The notes under the pieces were generated by a model. The model worked only from the letters and a program-made list of their open reading frames with translations. It had not been told where the DNA came from and did no database searches. 54,905 nt of DNA, taken from positions 1-54,905 of the forward strand of contig CAWDOY010000057.1 in NCBI GenBank assembly GCA_963803975.1, given 5' to 3'. Shown here piece after piece: positions 12,211 to 22,396 of the stretch (positions are counted from its first letter, which is position 1; every line of letters begins with the position of its first letter). Position numbers and translations under genes: made by a program. The DNA comes from an uncultured delta proteobacterium (GTDB lineage: Bacteria > Desulfobacterota > WTBG01 > CAIYCZ01).

Positions 12211-12997
12211 ATGTTGAGAAAGATTAGCTTGAGGCTTGCTGTTACTGTGCTGGTATTGTTACTCCTCTGTTTTACCACCATGGTACGTGCTGAAGAGCAG
12301 CAGGAAATAACGGTTTCTGCCGCTATCAGCCTGAAAAATGCTTTTGAGGAGATCGGCAAACAGTTTGCCGCAAAGCATCGTGGTGTAAAAATCTATTTCA
12401 ACTTCGGAGCCTCGGGAGACCTTATGAAGCAGATAGAGGCAGGCGCTCCGGTAGACATCTTTGCTTCAGCAGCTATAAAAGAGATGGAGGAGATTAAGCA
12501 GAAAAAACTGCTGCTGAATGACTCGTTCCAGCGCTTTGCCGTCAATGAGGTGGTGCTCATTATGCCGCTCAAGGCATCACTATCCCTGAATTCATTTGAT
12601 GATCTGAAAAAAGAAGCAGTAAAAAGAGTCGCTGTAGGCAACCCGAAAACCGTTCCTGCCGGCAGATATGCGCAGGAGATATTGACATATTTTAAACTTT
12701 GGGACACTATCAAAGATAAATTCATCCTCGCTGAGAATGTCCGGCAGGTGGTTGACTATGTTGCCCGCGGCGAGGTGGATGCCGGTATCGTTTACGCAAC
12801 TGACGCGCTGGCTATGGCGCATAAAGTGCAGACGAGTCGCGACAGCACCGGTACAGAGTCACCAGCCGGTGGTCTATCCGCTGGCGGTTCTTAAGCAGAC
12901 ACAAAACAGCTCTCTGGCAAAACTTTTTATTGAGTTCGTTGCCTCACCTGAAGGCAAACGGATTCTGCAACAATGCGGGTTCAACCCGGTCAATTAA
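12211..12997 (+). CDS. modA: Molybdate ABC transporter periplasmic binding protein (frameshift near 3' end)
   Basis: SAAISL, FNFGASG-L--QIEAGAPVDIFASA, VPAGRYA, ENVRQV and GIVYATD. Confidence 0.95.
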
Positions 12998-13024
12998 TCG
13001 CCCTGGTAATTCCCTGATCAACCG

Positions 13025-13690
13025 ATGGAAACTTCAGTGCTCTTTTCTTTGCGTCTTTCCCTGCAGGTGGCATTGGCAGCAACGGTTCTTGTAATGCTTG
13101 CCGGCATTGGTCTCGCCTATGTGCTGGCGCTGAAAAAATTCCCCGGCAAAGACCTCCTCGATACACTGTTCACCCTTCCCCTGGTTCTGCCGCCGACCGT
13201 TATCGGCTACTACCTGATCATTCTGTTTGGAAGAAATGGGTTGCTCGGCAGCGCTCTTTACAACTGGACCGGTTTCAGCATCATGTTTACCTGGTATGCT
13301 GCGGTGCTTGCATCCTTTGTGGTGGCACTGCCGCTCATGATTAAAACTACCCGGGCGGCCATTGAATCTATCGACAAAAATCTCATCAATGCTTCATACA
13401 CATTAGGACATTCAGAAACTGCGACATTGTTTAACATAATCCTTCCGCTTGCAAAAAAAGGTATCATAGCAGGAACGGTCCTCTCCTTTGCACGGGCCAT
13501 GGGGGAATTCGGTGCCACGCTGATGCTTGCCGGCAACATCCCGGGAAAAACTGATACCATGCCCCTTGCCATTTACACCTCGGCAAGCAGCGGTGACTGG
13601 TCAAAAGCAAACGTAATGGTTATACTTTTTACCCTTATTTCAGGGAGCTTTCTGTATATAGCCAACCGCTTCAGCAAGAGGTTTGTGTAA
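13025..13690 (+). CDS. modB: Molybdate ABC transporter permease
   Basis: [12 protein letters not shown] and [29 protein letters not shown]. Confidence 0.95.
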   Translation: [221 protein letters not shown]

Positions 13691-14425
13691 TGGCCCTCTC
13701 GGTCAAACTGCGCAAAAAAGGTGAACGGCTTCAACCTCGATGCTGAATGGGAGGTGGGTGATGAGCTTGCGGTCATCTTCGGACCCTCGGGCTCCGGCAA
13801 ATCAATGACCCTGCAATTAATCGCGGGTCTTATACAGCCGGATGACGGTGTGGTCAGCTCGGGCGATAAAATCTTTTATGACGGCAAGCAAAAAATCTGG
13901 CTTCCTCCGCAGCAGCGAAGCATCGGCTATGTTTTTCAGGACCTGGCCCTGTTCCCCCACATGAATGTAACAAATAATATTCTGTTCGGTGCCACAGGAC
14001 TTGATAAACAGCTCAGAGATAAACGGCTGTATGACATCGTCACCATTTTTCACCTTGACGGGCTTGAGGATAAATTTCCTTCGGAGATTTCCGGCGGTCA
14101 GAAGCAGCGGGTCGCCCTCGCCCGGGCCCTCATCCGCGGCCCTGCCGTGCTTCTTCTGGATGAGCCATTCTCGTCTCTTGATGCCGAGCTGCGCTTTGAA
14201 ATGCGGAATTTTCTTCGGGATATACGCAAAGAATTCAAGGTGCCGGTCATCCTGGTAACGCACGATGTCTTTGAAGCCTATTCCATTGCGGACAAGGTCA
14301 TTGTTTATGAAGACGGGAAAGTGATTACTATTGGAACGCCGGGCGAGGTTTTCAATGCCCAGACAACCGGCGACAGCGAATTCCCCCTGTTTTTCTCGTA
14401 TATGTTCTCAAGGGGGTTCTTCTAA
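13690..14425 (+). CDS. modC: Molybdate ABC transporter ATP-binding protein
   Basis: GPSGSGKS, IGYVFQDLALFPH, ISGGQKQRVALARAL and LLDEPFS. Start ATG 13690 overlaps the modB stop; frameshift in an A-run. Confidence 0.9.
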
Positions 14426-14433
14426 CATTTTTC

Positions 14434-14462
14434 TTGACAACCATAGAGGATATCTATACCCT
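14434..14462 (+). promoter_or_regulatory. Sigma70-type promoter upstream of tandem riboswitches 2-3
   Basis: TTGACA-17 nt-TACCCT. Confidence 0.55.
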
Positions 14463-14490
14463 ACTCTGAAAATATAGATACTAATAATGA

Positions 14491-14587
14491 TCTCCGAGTC
14501 GCTCTCCTCTAAGGGCATAGCCTATGAGGATGCGGCCGAAAAGGGCGGCATTGAAAAATGGCGACCCTCCCGTGTTTGGAAAGGAGA
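14491..14587 (+). ncRNA. Moco-class riboswitch aptamer 2 (P3-less)
   Basis: TCTCCGAG...TCTAAGGGC-GCCTATGA...GGCC...GAAA stem...CCTCCCGTGTTTGGAAAGGAGA. Confidence 0.9.
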
Positions 14588-14605
14588 CCCTTGCTTTAGA
14601 TATTT

Positions 14606-14646
14606 AAAGCCAGTATTTACCAGACACGGTAGATACTGGCTTTTTT
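14606..14646 (+). terminator. Riboswitch 2 terminator
   Basis: AAAGCCAGTATTTACC/GGTAGATACTGGCTTTTTT, including CCAGACACGG (anti-P5). Confidence 0.85.
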
Positions 14647-14685
14647 GCTCTTTGGAATTAACATATTCAAAATAAAGGATGAAAT

Positions 14686-14780
14686 TCTCCGAGCCGCAGC
14701 TTCTACGGACGGTGTTCTATGAAGCATGGCCGATAGGGCGTAACTCGAAAGAGTTATACCTCCCGTGTTGGGAAAGGAGA
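14686..14780 (+). ncRNA. Moco-class riboswitch aptamer 3 (P3-less, tandem with 2)
   Basis: TCTCCGAGCC...TCTAC...CTATGA...GGCC...CTCGAAAGAG...CCTCCCGTGTTGGGAAAGGAGA. Confidence 0.88.
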
Positions 14781-14789
14781 GGAAAGGGT

Positions 14790-14824
14790 AAGCCAGTTCC
14801 TTAAAACACGGGACTGGCTTTTTT
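14790..14824 (+). terminator. Riboswitch 3 terminator
   Basis: AAGCCAGTTCC/GGGACTGGCTTTTTT, including AACACGGGA complementary to TCCCGTGTT. Confidence 0.85.
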
Positions 14825-15058
14825 AGTTTCCAGGGTTTAAGAGGGAAAAAATATTGTTGATGGAAGGAGGTGACGGGTATATATCGATTTACCCTTCGAT
14901 GGCGAGGGGTAAAAAGGGGTGACCGGGGAGAACCCGGAAAGGGTTCTATTGAAGGGGGGAACAAGCTGCATTTTTTTAGTAAACAGTGCTCATAAAAGAA
15001 TTCTACTTGTTTGTTCATGAGCATGAATGAAGGATTAACCCAGTGAGGAGGTAGTACT

Positions 15059-15925
15059 ATGAGCAGTAGTCGCATTATGCCCGAGTTTGAGCTGCTGATG
15101 CCTCAGAGTATTTCCGAAGCAGTGGAAATGCTCGCCAAACATAAGGCCCAGGCCGCGGTAATGTCCGGTGGAACGGATGTCATCGTGTCCATGACCAAGG
15201 GGTTTGTAGCGCCTTATGTCATCAGCCTGGCTGAAATTCCGGACCTGGACTATGTTACCTACGACAAGAAGGCGGGCCTCCGCATAGGAGCCATGGCCAC
15301 GCTGCAGCAGGTAGCAGACACTCCGGAAGTAAAAGAGAATTACCCGGCGCTGTGGAAATCAGCAGCCATAAACGGCACGCCCCAGACGCGCAATATGGGA
15401 ACCGTTGTTGGTAATGTCATGCGCGCTTCCCCCTCAGGGGACTGCTGCTGCGCGATTCTTGCCATTGGCGGGACCGTTGTGCTGGAAGGCCCCAAGGGAA
15501 AACGGGAGGTCAGCATTGATGACTTTTTCCTGAAGTATAAAGAAACGGCGCGCAAGAGCGACGAGCTTGCTATTGAAGTTAAGCTGCCCCCCATGGCAAG
15601 CGGTTCCTCCAATGCCTTTGCACGCATGACCCGCACCACGCTGGACCTCTCAAAGGTCAATGTCGCCGTGCGCCTGGATATGTCAGATAAAATATGTAAG
15701 CAGGCCCGTGTTGCCATCGGCGCAGTGGCCCCGACCACTATTCGGCTGAAAAAAGTCGAAGCGCTCCTGAACGGCAACCAGATTACCGACGCAGTGCTCC
15801 AGAAGGTTGTTGAAACAGTCCCCAGCGAAATCAAACCAATAGACGATGTGCGTTCCACTGCGGAGTATCGCCACGATGTGGCGGGCGTGATGGTCAAGCG
15901 CATAATTGTCGAGGCACGTGGCTAA
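15059..15925 (+). CDS. Xanthine dehydrogenase family FAD-binding subunit
   Basis: SGGTD, LRIGAMATL, QTRNMGTVVGN and PIDDVRSTAEYR. Confidence 0.92.
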   Translation: MSSSRIMPEFELLMPQSISEAVEMLAKHKAQAAVMSGGTDVIVSMTKGFVAPYVISLAEIPDLDYVTYDKKAGLRIGAMATLQQVADTPEVKENYPALWKSAAINGTPQTRNMGTVVGNVMRASPSGDCCCAILAIGGTVVLEGPKGKREVSIDDFFLKYKETARKSDELAIEVKLPPMASGSSNAFARMTRTTLDLSKVNVAVRLDMSDKICKQARVAIGAVAPTTIRLKKVEALLNGNQITDAVLQKVVETVPSEIKPIDDVRSTAEYRHDVAGVMVKRIIVEARG

Positions 15926-15973
15926 CGGTACTAAGGGACTAGTTCACAACAAAAACTTAAGGAGATATACATC

Positions 15974-16525
15974 ATGAAAAAACGTGCAATAACCCTTTAT
16001 ATAAATGGGGAGGAGTATAATCTGAACATACCCGTTCATTATACCCTTCTTCAGGTCATCAGGGACCAGCTGAACCTGACTGACGTTAAATACGGCTGCG
16101 GCCGGGGCGAGTGCGGCGCCTGCACGGTGCTGCTGGTGGAAGAAGGCGGCACGAAATGCAAACCGGTAGACGCAACCACAACATACTGCTCCACCGAAAA
16201 GGCAAAGAAGAAAGCTGTTCTTGCCTGCATAGCTCTTGCCGCCACCATGGATGGCAAACACATTACCACTGTTGCAGGTCTTTCCCAGGACGGCGAGCTG
16301 CATCCCGTTCAGAAGGCCTTTGTCGATGAAAGTGCTATTCAATGCGGCTTCTGCACGCCGGGCATGGTTCTCAAGGCTGTCTCCATGCTTGAGAAGAACC
16401 CAAAGCCCACGGAAGATGAAATTCGGCGTGGTCTGGAAGGCAATATCTGCCGCTGCACCGGATATGTAAAAATAATCAAAGCTGTTCAGGTGGCTAGTAA
16501 AATAACAGCCGCCGGCAAGCAATAA
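15974..16525 (+). CDS. Xanthine dehydrogenase family 2Fe-2S subunit
   Basis: KYGCGRGECGACTV, QCGFCTPG and GNICRCTGY. Confidence 0.95.
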   Translation: MKKRAITLYINGEEYNLNIPVHYTLLQVIRDQLNLTDVKYGCGRGECGACTVLLVEEGGTKCKPVDATTTYCSTEKAKKKAVLACIALAATMDGKHITTVAGLSQDGELHPVQKAFVDESAIQCGFCTPGMVLKAVSMLEKNPKPTEDEIRRGLEGNICRCTGYVKIIKAVQVASKITAAGKQ

Positions 16526-16540
16526 GAAAGGAGGAACAGC

Positions 16541-18925
16541 ATGGCAGAATCCGTTATTGGAAAACGAATCCCCAAGGTTGATTCCCGTGAAAAGGTAACC
16601 GGTCAGTCCGTCTATGCCGGCGATATACGCATGCCCGGCATGTATTACGGGAAAGTTGTCCGGTGCTGGGAACATGCCCACGCCAGAGTAAAGAAGCTCG
16701 ACTTCTCCGACGCGCTGAAGGTGCCCGGCGTCGTGAAAATCGTCGGCCCCGATGATGTCACGCAAAGGCCCTATAACACGACCGTTATGAAACTGCTGGT
16801 GCCCGAGCTTTTCGGCGAAGTATTCGGCGAAATCGCGGACCTGAACATCTTCAACAAAGTCGTGAAGCACCAGGGCGACGCCATCTGCGGCGTAATCGCA
16901 AAGACCGAAGAGGCAGCCGAGCGCGCAGCAGACAAGATCAAGGTCACCTATGAGCCCCTGCCGATTTTCATGACCGCGGAGGCTTCCAAGGCCGAGGGCA
17001 AGAAGAAGAACGGGTACCTGTTCACGCCGCTCAAGCCCGGCAACCTGGCCTTTGATCTGCCCGAATCATTTTTCCCGGGCAAGCGCTATGGCTGGAACGA
17101 CAAGAACGGCAAAACCGCCGAGCAGTTGTTCGCCGAGTGCGACTACATTATCGAAGACACCTTCTACGTTCCCAAGCAGAAGCAGTGCCAGATGGAGAAT
17201 CACTCCTACGTGGCCCACTATGATGAGCGCGGCCGGCTGAACATCTGGACCTCCACCCAGATGGCCAAGCCCGTGCAGGTGCTGATCGCTGAGCTGTTCG
17301 AGCTGCCCCTGACCCGCGTGCGCCTGGTGCAGACCACGGTGGGCGGCGGTTTCGGAGTTCGCCTGGGCATGATCGGCGAGCCCCATGCCTGCGCCATGGC
17401 CATGGCAGTAAAAGGCCATCCGGTGCGCATGGAGTTCCTGCGCGAGGAAGACTGGGTCGCCTCTGAAACCCGCTATCCCGGCCACATCTGGCTGAAGATG
17501 GGTTTCAAAAAGGACGGCACCCCGGTCGCGGTAGATGCTTTCTATCACGCCCGCAAAGGCGGCTATTATACCCATGGTTCCGGGCCGCCCTTCTGCGCAG
17601 CCGCGTTCCTCCACGGCATGTACAAGTGGCAGGCCCTGGGCATGCAGATGGATGGCTATTTCACCAATGAAGTGCCCACCGGCGCATACCGCGGCTACGG
17701 CAACCCGCAGATCACCTTCTGCCAGGAGCAGATGGTCACGAAGATGTGCAACGAGCTGGGCCTGGATGAGCTAGAGTGGCGCAAGAAGTGGCACAAGTCG
17801 ATCGGCGACGAGACCTGGCTGAAGGGCGTAACCTACGCTTCCGACGGTCTCAACGACTGCATCGATATGGCCGCAAAAGAGATCGGCTGGTATGAAAAGA
17901 AGAAGAAGTTTGCCAAGCAGACCGGCGTCAAGCGTCGCGGCATCGGCGTGGCCGTCATGAACCACACCTCCGGCGCGTTCCCCATGCTGCTTGAGCATTC
18001 CGTTTGCACGGCCAAGCTCAATGAAGACTGCACGGTCGAGCTGATTCAGCAGATTTCCGATCTCGGCACCGGCGGCCACACCGTCATCACCCAGATGGCG
18101 GCTGAAACCCTCGGCTTCCCGATGGAGGACATCCATCTGCGGTCCGGCGATTCCGACATGTGCGGATTCGACATCGGCGCCCATGCAAGCCGCACGATCT
18201 ACTGCGCAGCTCCAGCCACTATCGAGGCCTGCGAAAGCGTGAAGAAACAGCTGCTTGAGCGTGCTGCCCAGCTTCTGGAAGCCAATGTGGCTGATCTTGA
18301 GATGAAAGACAAGATCATTTCCGTGAAGGGCAATCCCCAGAAGTCGATCAGCGCGGTGAAGATCGCCAAGGAGGGCGTGTACAACTACATCGATGCGGCC
18401 ACCGGCAAGACCATCGGCATCCCGGGCCAGATCCAGGGCTACTCGAGCTACTTCGCCAAGCACTGCTCGCCGCCCTTCGGCGCCTGCTTCTCGGAAGTAG
18501 AAGTCGATACCGAGACCGGCGAAGTGAAGGTGATCAACCTGGTCAATGGTCATGATATCGGCAAAGCCATCCATCCGCCTTCGGTTGAAGGTCAGCTGGA
18601 AGGCGGCGCGCAGCAGGGCCTCGGTTTTGTTCTTACCGAAGAGTATGCGTATGATGACAAGGGCCGCGTAATCAATAATGATTTTACTGATTACAAGATG
18701 CTTGGCCCCTCGGACATGCCCAATGCCAAGATCATTCTTGTGGAAACAGCGCCTGATCCCATCGGTCCGATGGGGGTCAAGAGCTGCGGTGAATCAGCGC
18801 TGATGGGGCCGATCGGCTCGGTTGCTAATGCAATCTATGATGCCATCGGCATCCAGATTACAGAAGCGCCCATTACGCCGGAAAAGATACTGAAGGCGAT
18901 TAAGGAACAGGGCATCAAGAAGTAA
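16541..18925 (+). CDS. Xanthine dehydrogenase family molybdopterin-binding subunit
   Basis: VGGGFG, AYRGYG, GAHASR, GQLEGGAQQG and KSCGE (catalytic Glu position present). Confidence 0.95.
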   Translation: MAESVIGKRIPKVDSREKVTGQSVYAGDIRMPGMYYGKVVRCWEHAHARVKKLDFSDALKVPGVVKIVGPDDVTQRPYNTTVMKLLVPELFGEVFGEIADLNIFNKVVKHQGDAICGVIAKTEEAAERAADKIKVTYEPLPIFMTAEASKAEGKKKNGYLFTPLKPGNLAFDLPESFFPGKRYGWNDKNGKTAEQLFAECDYIIEDTFYVPKQKQCQMENHSYVAHYDERGRLNIWTSTQMAKPVQVLIAELFELPLTRVRLVQTTVGGGFGVRLGMIGEPHACAMAMAVKGHPVRMEFLREEDWVASETRYPGHIWLKMGFKKDGTPVAVDAFYHARKGGYYTHGSGPPFCAAAFLHGMYKWQALGMQMDGYFTNEVPTGAYRGYGNPQITFCQEQMVTKMCNELGLDELEWRKKWHKSIGDETWLKGVTYASDGLNDCIDMAAKEIGWYEKKKKFAKQTGVKRRGIGVAVMNHTSGAFPMLLEHSVCTAKLNEDCTVELIQQISDLGTGGHTVITQMAAETLGFPMEDIHLRSGDSDMCGFDIGAHASRTIYCAAPATIEACESVKKQLLERAAQLLEANVADLEMKDKIISVKGNPQKSISAVKIAKEGVYNYIDAATGKTIGIPGQIQGYSSYFAKHCSPPFGACFSEVEVDTETGEVKVINLVNGHDIGKAIHPPSVEGQLEGGAQQGLGFVLTEEYAYDDKGRVINNDFTDYKMLGPSDMPNAKIILVETAPDPIGPMGVKSCGESALMGPIGSVANAIYDAIGIQITEAPITPEKILKAIKEQGIKK

Positions 18926-18953
18926 TGGCCTTCAAGAATAATAGTTAGTATAT

Positions 18954-18990
18954 AAAGGGGAATGCCGCAGTTACTGCGGCATTCCCTTTT
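18954..18990 (+). terminator. Rho-independent terminator after the xdh genes
   Basis: AAAGGGGAATGCCGCAG-TTA-CTGCGGCATTCCCTTTT. Confidence 0.85.
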
Positions 18991-19038
18991 ACCTTAATAT
19001 CTAACCAAAGATATTTGGAATTTTGCAATCGCATGAGC

Positions 19039-19114
19039 GACCCCCTCTGACTCCCCCTTGGAATAAAGGGGGAGAACTTTTCCCCTCCTTAATAAGGAGG
19101 GGTTAGGGGAGGTC
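19039..19114. repeat. REP-like composite C-run/G-run palindrome
   Basis: tcccccttggaataaaggggga and cccctccttaataaggagggg hairpins; related to 34408-34452. Confidence 0.6.
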
Positions 19115-19218
19115 GGATGTAAAGCCAGAGTGATCTGAGAGGAAAATTCTCAGATTAAGCCATGTAAGAATCTACGCAAAGATGTTTGAAATTTTTGTAG
19201 CGCATTTTTGCGCGCCTG

Positions 19219-19239
19219 TCGCGGCTCAAGCCGCTCCTA
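19219..19239 (-). repeat. GTAG-family-like REP
   Basis: Reverse complement reads TAGGAGCGGCTTGAGCCGCGA. Confidence 0.5.
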
Positions 19240-19253
19240 AAGGTTAATAATTA

Positions 19254-20067
19254 ATGCAGATAGAAGACACCATAGTCGTTATACGCGGAGGAGGAGACCT
19301 GGGCAGCGGTGTCGCCCATAAGCTGCACCGATGCGGGTTTAAGATCCTCATCCTGGAAGTGCAGAATCCCCTGGTGGTGCGCCGGACTGTTGCCTTTGCC
19401 CAGGCAATAATCGATGGAGAGACCGTTGTAGAAGAGGTACGGGCAGTCAGGGTCCGGACCAAAGATGAAATAGAAAAAATATGGAATCAGGGGGATATCC
19501 CCATTATGGTTGATCCGGGAGGAGATATCCTGAAAGAAATAAAGCCTGCCGCTGTTGTTGACGCGACCCTTGCCAAACGCAACACCGGGATGCGCCGGGA
19601 CATGGCTCCCATCACGATTGCCCTGGGGCCCGGGTTTAAGGCAGGCGAACAGGTTGACGTCGTGATTGAAACAAACCGGGGGCACAACCTCGGCCGCCTC
19701 ATATTTGAAGGCTATGCTGAACCTGACACCGGCGTGCCGGCCCCGGTTAAAGGCTATGGTACAGAGCGGGTGCTCCGGGCGCCCTGCAGCGGCACAATCA
19801 AACACGTTGCAGATATCGGGCACATCGTAAAAACCGGCGACATTATCTGCTATGTTGATGAACCAGCCGGTCACGGCTCCATTTGATGGGATAGTGCGCG
19901 GTCTTATCATGGATGGACGGGAGGTAGTGAAAAACTTAAAGATTGGAGATGTTGACCCGCGGCCAATAAAAGAATCGTGCTATACCATTTCAGACAAGGC
20001 CCGGGCCTTGGGCGGTGCGGTGCTGGAAGCAGTTTTATACTTGAAGTGCCGGAAGGGAAAAACATAG
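19254..20067 (+). CDS. yqeB: Selenium-dependent molybdenum hydroxylase accessory protein YqeB (frameshifted)
   Basis: VIRGGGDLGSGVA, VRRTVAF, IALGPGF, ETNRGHNLG, KIGDVDPR and ISDKARALGG. Confidence 0.92.
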
Positions 20068-20268
20068 ACACTTACATGCAGCTTAAGAGAGGAGGACTGA
20101 CACGGCACTGCGTATCCAGCCCATCCGCAATGCCGTCTAACCAGTCTTTTCACTCTTTACGAAGGTATACCTGGCAATGGCTTTGAATTGTTCTCCCTTT
20201 TCACTATTGCCAGGTTACCTTTTTATATATGATAATAGATATATAATTCAAGCAATAAAGAGGCTTTC

Positions 20269-21154
20269 ATGAAAAAGTTCGACTCCATTGAGGACATTAA
20301 AAAAGAAATGAAGAAGGAAAACTATATCTGCGATGACCCCCTCGCGTTCACGCTGTATTTGTCGATGCAGATGGAAAAGCCGCTGTTGCTGGAAGGCGAG
20401 CCCGGCGTAGGCAAGACCGAGGTTGCCAAGGTCATGGCAGCGGTGCTCGGGCGGAAACTGATACGCCTGCAGTGCTATGAGGGGCTTGACGCCACCTCAA
20501 CCATATACGAGTGGAACTACGCCAAGCAGTTATTAAAAATAAAGTCTGTTGATGTCTCGCGGCCCCTCGGGTCATCTGGAAAATGTCTTTACCGAGGAGT
20601 TTCTCATCCCCCGCCCGCTGCTCATGGCCGTGCGCGGCGAAGAAAAGGTGGTGCTCCTGATCGATGAGATTGACCGGGCTGATGAGGAGTTCGAGGCATT
20701 TCTGCTCGAAATACTCTCCGATTTCCAGGTTACCATACCGGAAATGGGCACGGTGACGGCCAGACACAAGCCGCTGGTCATCATTACCTCAAACCGCGTT
20801 CGCGAGCTGCACGATGCGCTCAAGCGCCGCTGCCTGTACCATTTTATCGACTATCCGACCCCGGAGCGCGAACGGGAGATCATACTGGCGAAAATCCCCA
20901 ATATCGAAGCTACCCTTGCCAAGAAAATATCCCGCATCATGGCAACGCTCCGGGAGCAGGATTTTTACAAGCGGCCCGGTGTTGCGGAAACGCTTGACTG
21001 GTCTCAGGCGCTCACCATTCTTGATAAAGACGAAATAGACGAGGCCACCATGGATATGACCTCGGGCTGCCTGTTTAAATTCAAGGAGGATGTGAAAAAA
21101 TTCAAGGACCTGTCAACCACGGTGCTGATAGAAGCAGAGGCTAAGATCGAATGA
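20269..21154 (+). CDS. MoxR/CoxD family AAA+ ATPase (frameshifted)
   Basis: LLEGEPGVGKTE, RLQCYEGLD, LLIDEIDRADEEFEAFLLE and LHDALKRRCLY. Confidence 0.92.
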
Positions 21155-22383
21155 AAGTTCTTCTGGTACCGGTTGAAGCGCAGCGTGAACTCGAAGCGCA
21201 GAAAAAGAAGCGCGACAGCATCACTGCTGAGCAGCGCACGGAGTCCCTTATACAGCGCATTATCAAGTTTGCAAAACTGCTGCGCATAAATAAAATCCCG
21301 GTGCATACCGCAAATGAACGGGATGCCATAACAGCCCTTACCCATATCGATATTAACAGCCGCTTTGAGTTTTATATGGCGCTGCGGACCAATATGATCA
21401 TGAGCCAAAAGTACCGGGCGGCCTTTGATATCCTGTTTCTGCAGTTCTGGCGCACCGGGGTGAGCATTCCCAAGCAATACGGCGGAAGCAATGAGGAGCC
21501 CGATGACAAGGACTCCACCGTACAGAAGGAGAACAAATCACCCGAGGATGAAGAGGATGGCAATCCCAAAAAGGATTCTAAAAAGCTGAGCAATCAGTAC
21601 GAAGAGATCGCCATGCCGACCTATTCAGCCGGACAGTCCCTGCGGGAGAAGGACTTTGAGTTGATCGCGCCCTATGAGATTGCCCAGTTCGATGAGATTT
21701 TTCGCAACTTCAGGATTACGGTGAAAGAAAAGCTCGGGCGCCGGTTCAAACCCAGCACGAAGGGAAAAATGGTAGATCTGCGCCGCTCGATCCGGCAGTC
21801 GACACAGCGGGGCGGCGAGATCATGAATATACTCACCAAGAAGCGCAAGCCCCGGGAGTCAAAGCTTGTGCTGCTCGCTGACGTGAGCGGCTCCATGGAT
21901 ATCTACAGCCGCTTTCTCATCAAATTTACTTACAGCCTCCAGAAGTATTTGCGCGATACCGAAACCTTTGTCTTCGGCACCCAGCTCATGCGCATCAGCG
22001 ATATATTGAACAACCGTACGCTTGAATCGGCCATGACGATTCTGTCGAAAAAGGTGCGGTTCTGGTCGGGCGGCACGGACATCGGCGGCTGTTTTACCGA
22101 GTTCAATAAGCACTATGGCGGCAAGCTCCGCAAGCGCAACCGCATACTGGTGATTTTGAGCGACGGCTGGGACAAGGGCGATGCCGAACTGTTGAAAAAA
22201 CAGATGCTCCTTTTCAAGCGCGGCTTTCGCAAAATTGTCTGGCTCAATCCGAATCTGAAATACGACCGCTATGAGCCTTTGTGCCTGGGCATGTCGACGG
22301 CCATGCCGTATGTGGATCATTTTCTTCCCTGCCATAATCTGAAAACACTTGAGCAGTTTGTCGAGCTCGTGAAACATATTTGA
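21151..22383 (+). CDS. CoxE-like VWA domain protein
   Basis: DLRRSIR, LADVSGSM, WSGGTDIG, LSDGWD and WLNP. Confidence 0.92.
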   Translation: MKVLLVPVEAQRELEAQKKKRDSITAEQRTESLIQRIIKFAKLLRINKIPVHTANERDAITALTHIDINSRFEFYMALRTNMIMSQKYRAAFDILFLQFWRTGVSIPKQYGGSNEEPDDKDSTVQKENKSPEDEEDGNPKKDSKKLSNQYEEIAMPTYSAGQSLREKDFELIAPYEIAQFDEIFRNFRITVKEKLGRRFKPSTKGKMVDLRRSIRQSTQRGGEIMNILTKKRKPRESKLVLLADVSGSMDIYSRFLIKFTYSLQKYLRDTETFVFGTQLMRISDILNNRTLESAMTILSKKVRFWSGGTDIGGCFTEFNKHYGGKLRKRNRILVILSDGWDKGDAELLKKQMLLFKRGFRKIVWLNPNLKYDRYEPLCLGMSTAMPYVDHFLPCHNLKTLEQFVELVKHI

Positions 22384-22396
22384 GAGGAATATCCTT

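Noticed and set aside
14487..14675. Short ORFs over riboswitch regions (14487..14675, 29467..29787, the 29510 N-terminal extension, 36834 extension)
   Set aside because: They overlap aptamers and terminators; better RBS/ATG starts exist downstream at 29630 and 37005.
15944..18574. Long minus-strand ORFs opposite xdh genes (also 40399..41133 and 52869..53864)
   Set aside because: Antisense shadows of strongly biased coding sequence with no recognisable motifs.
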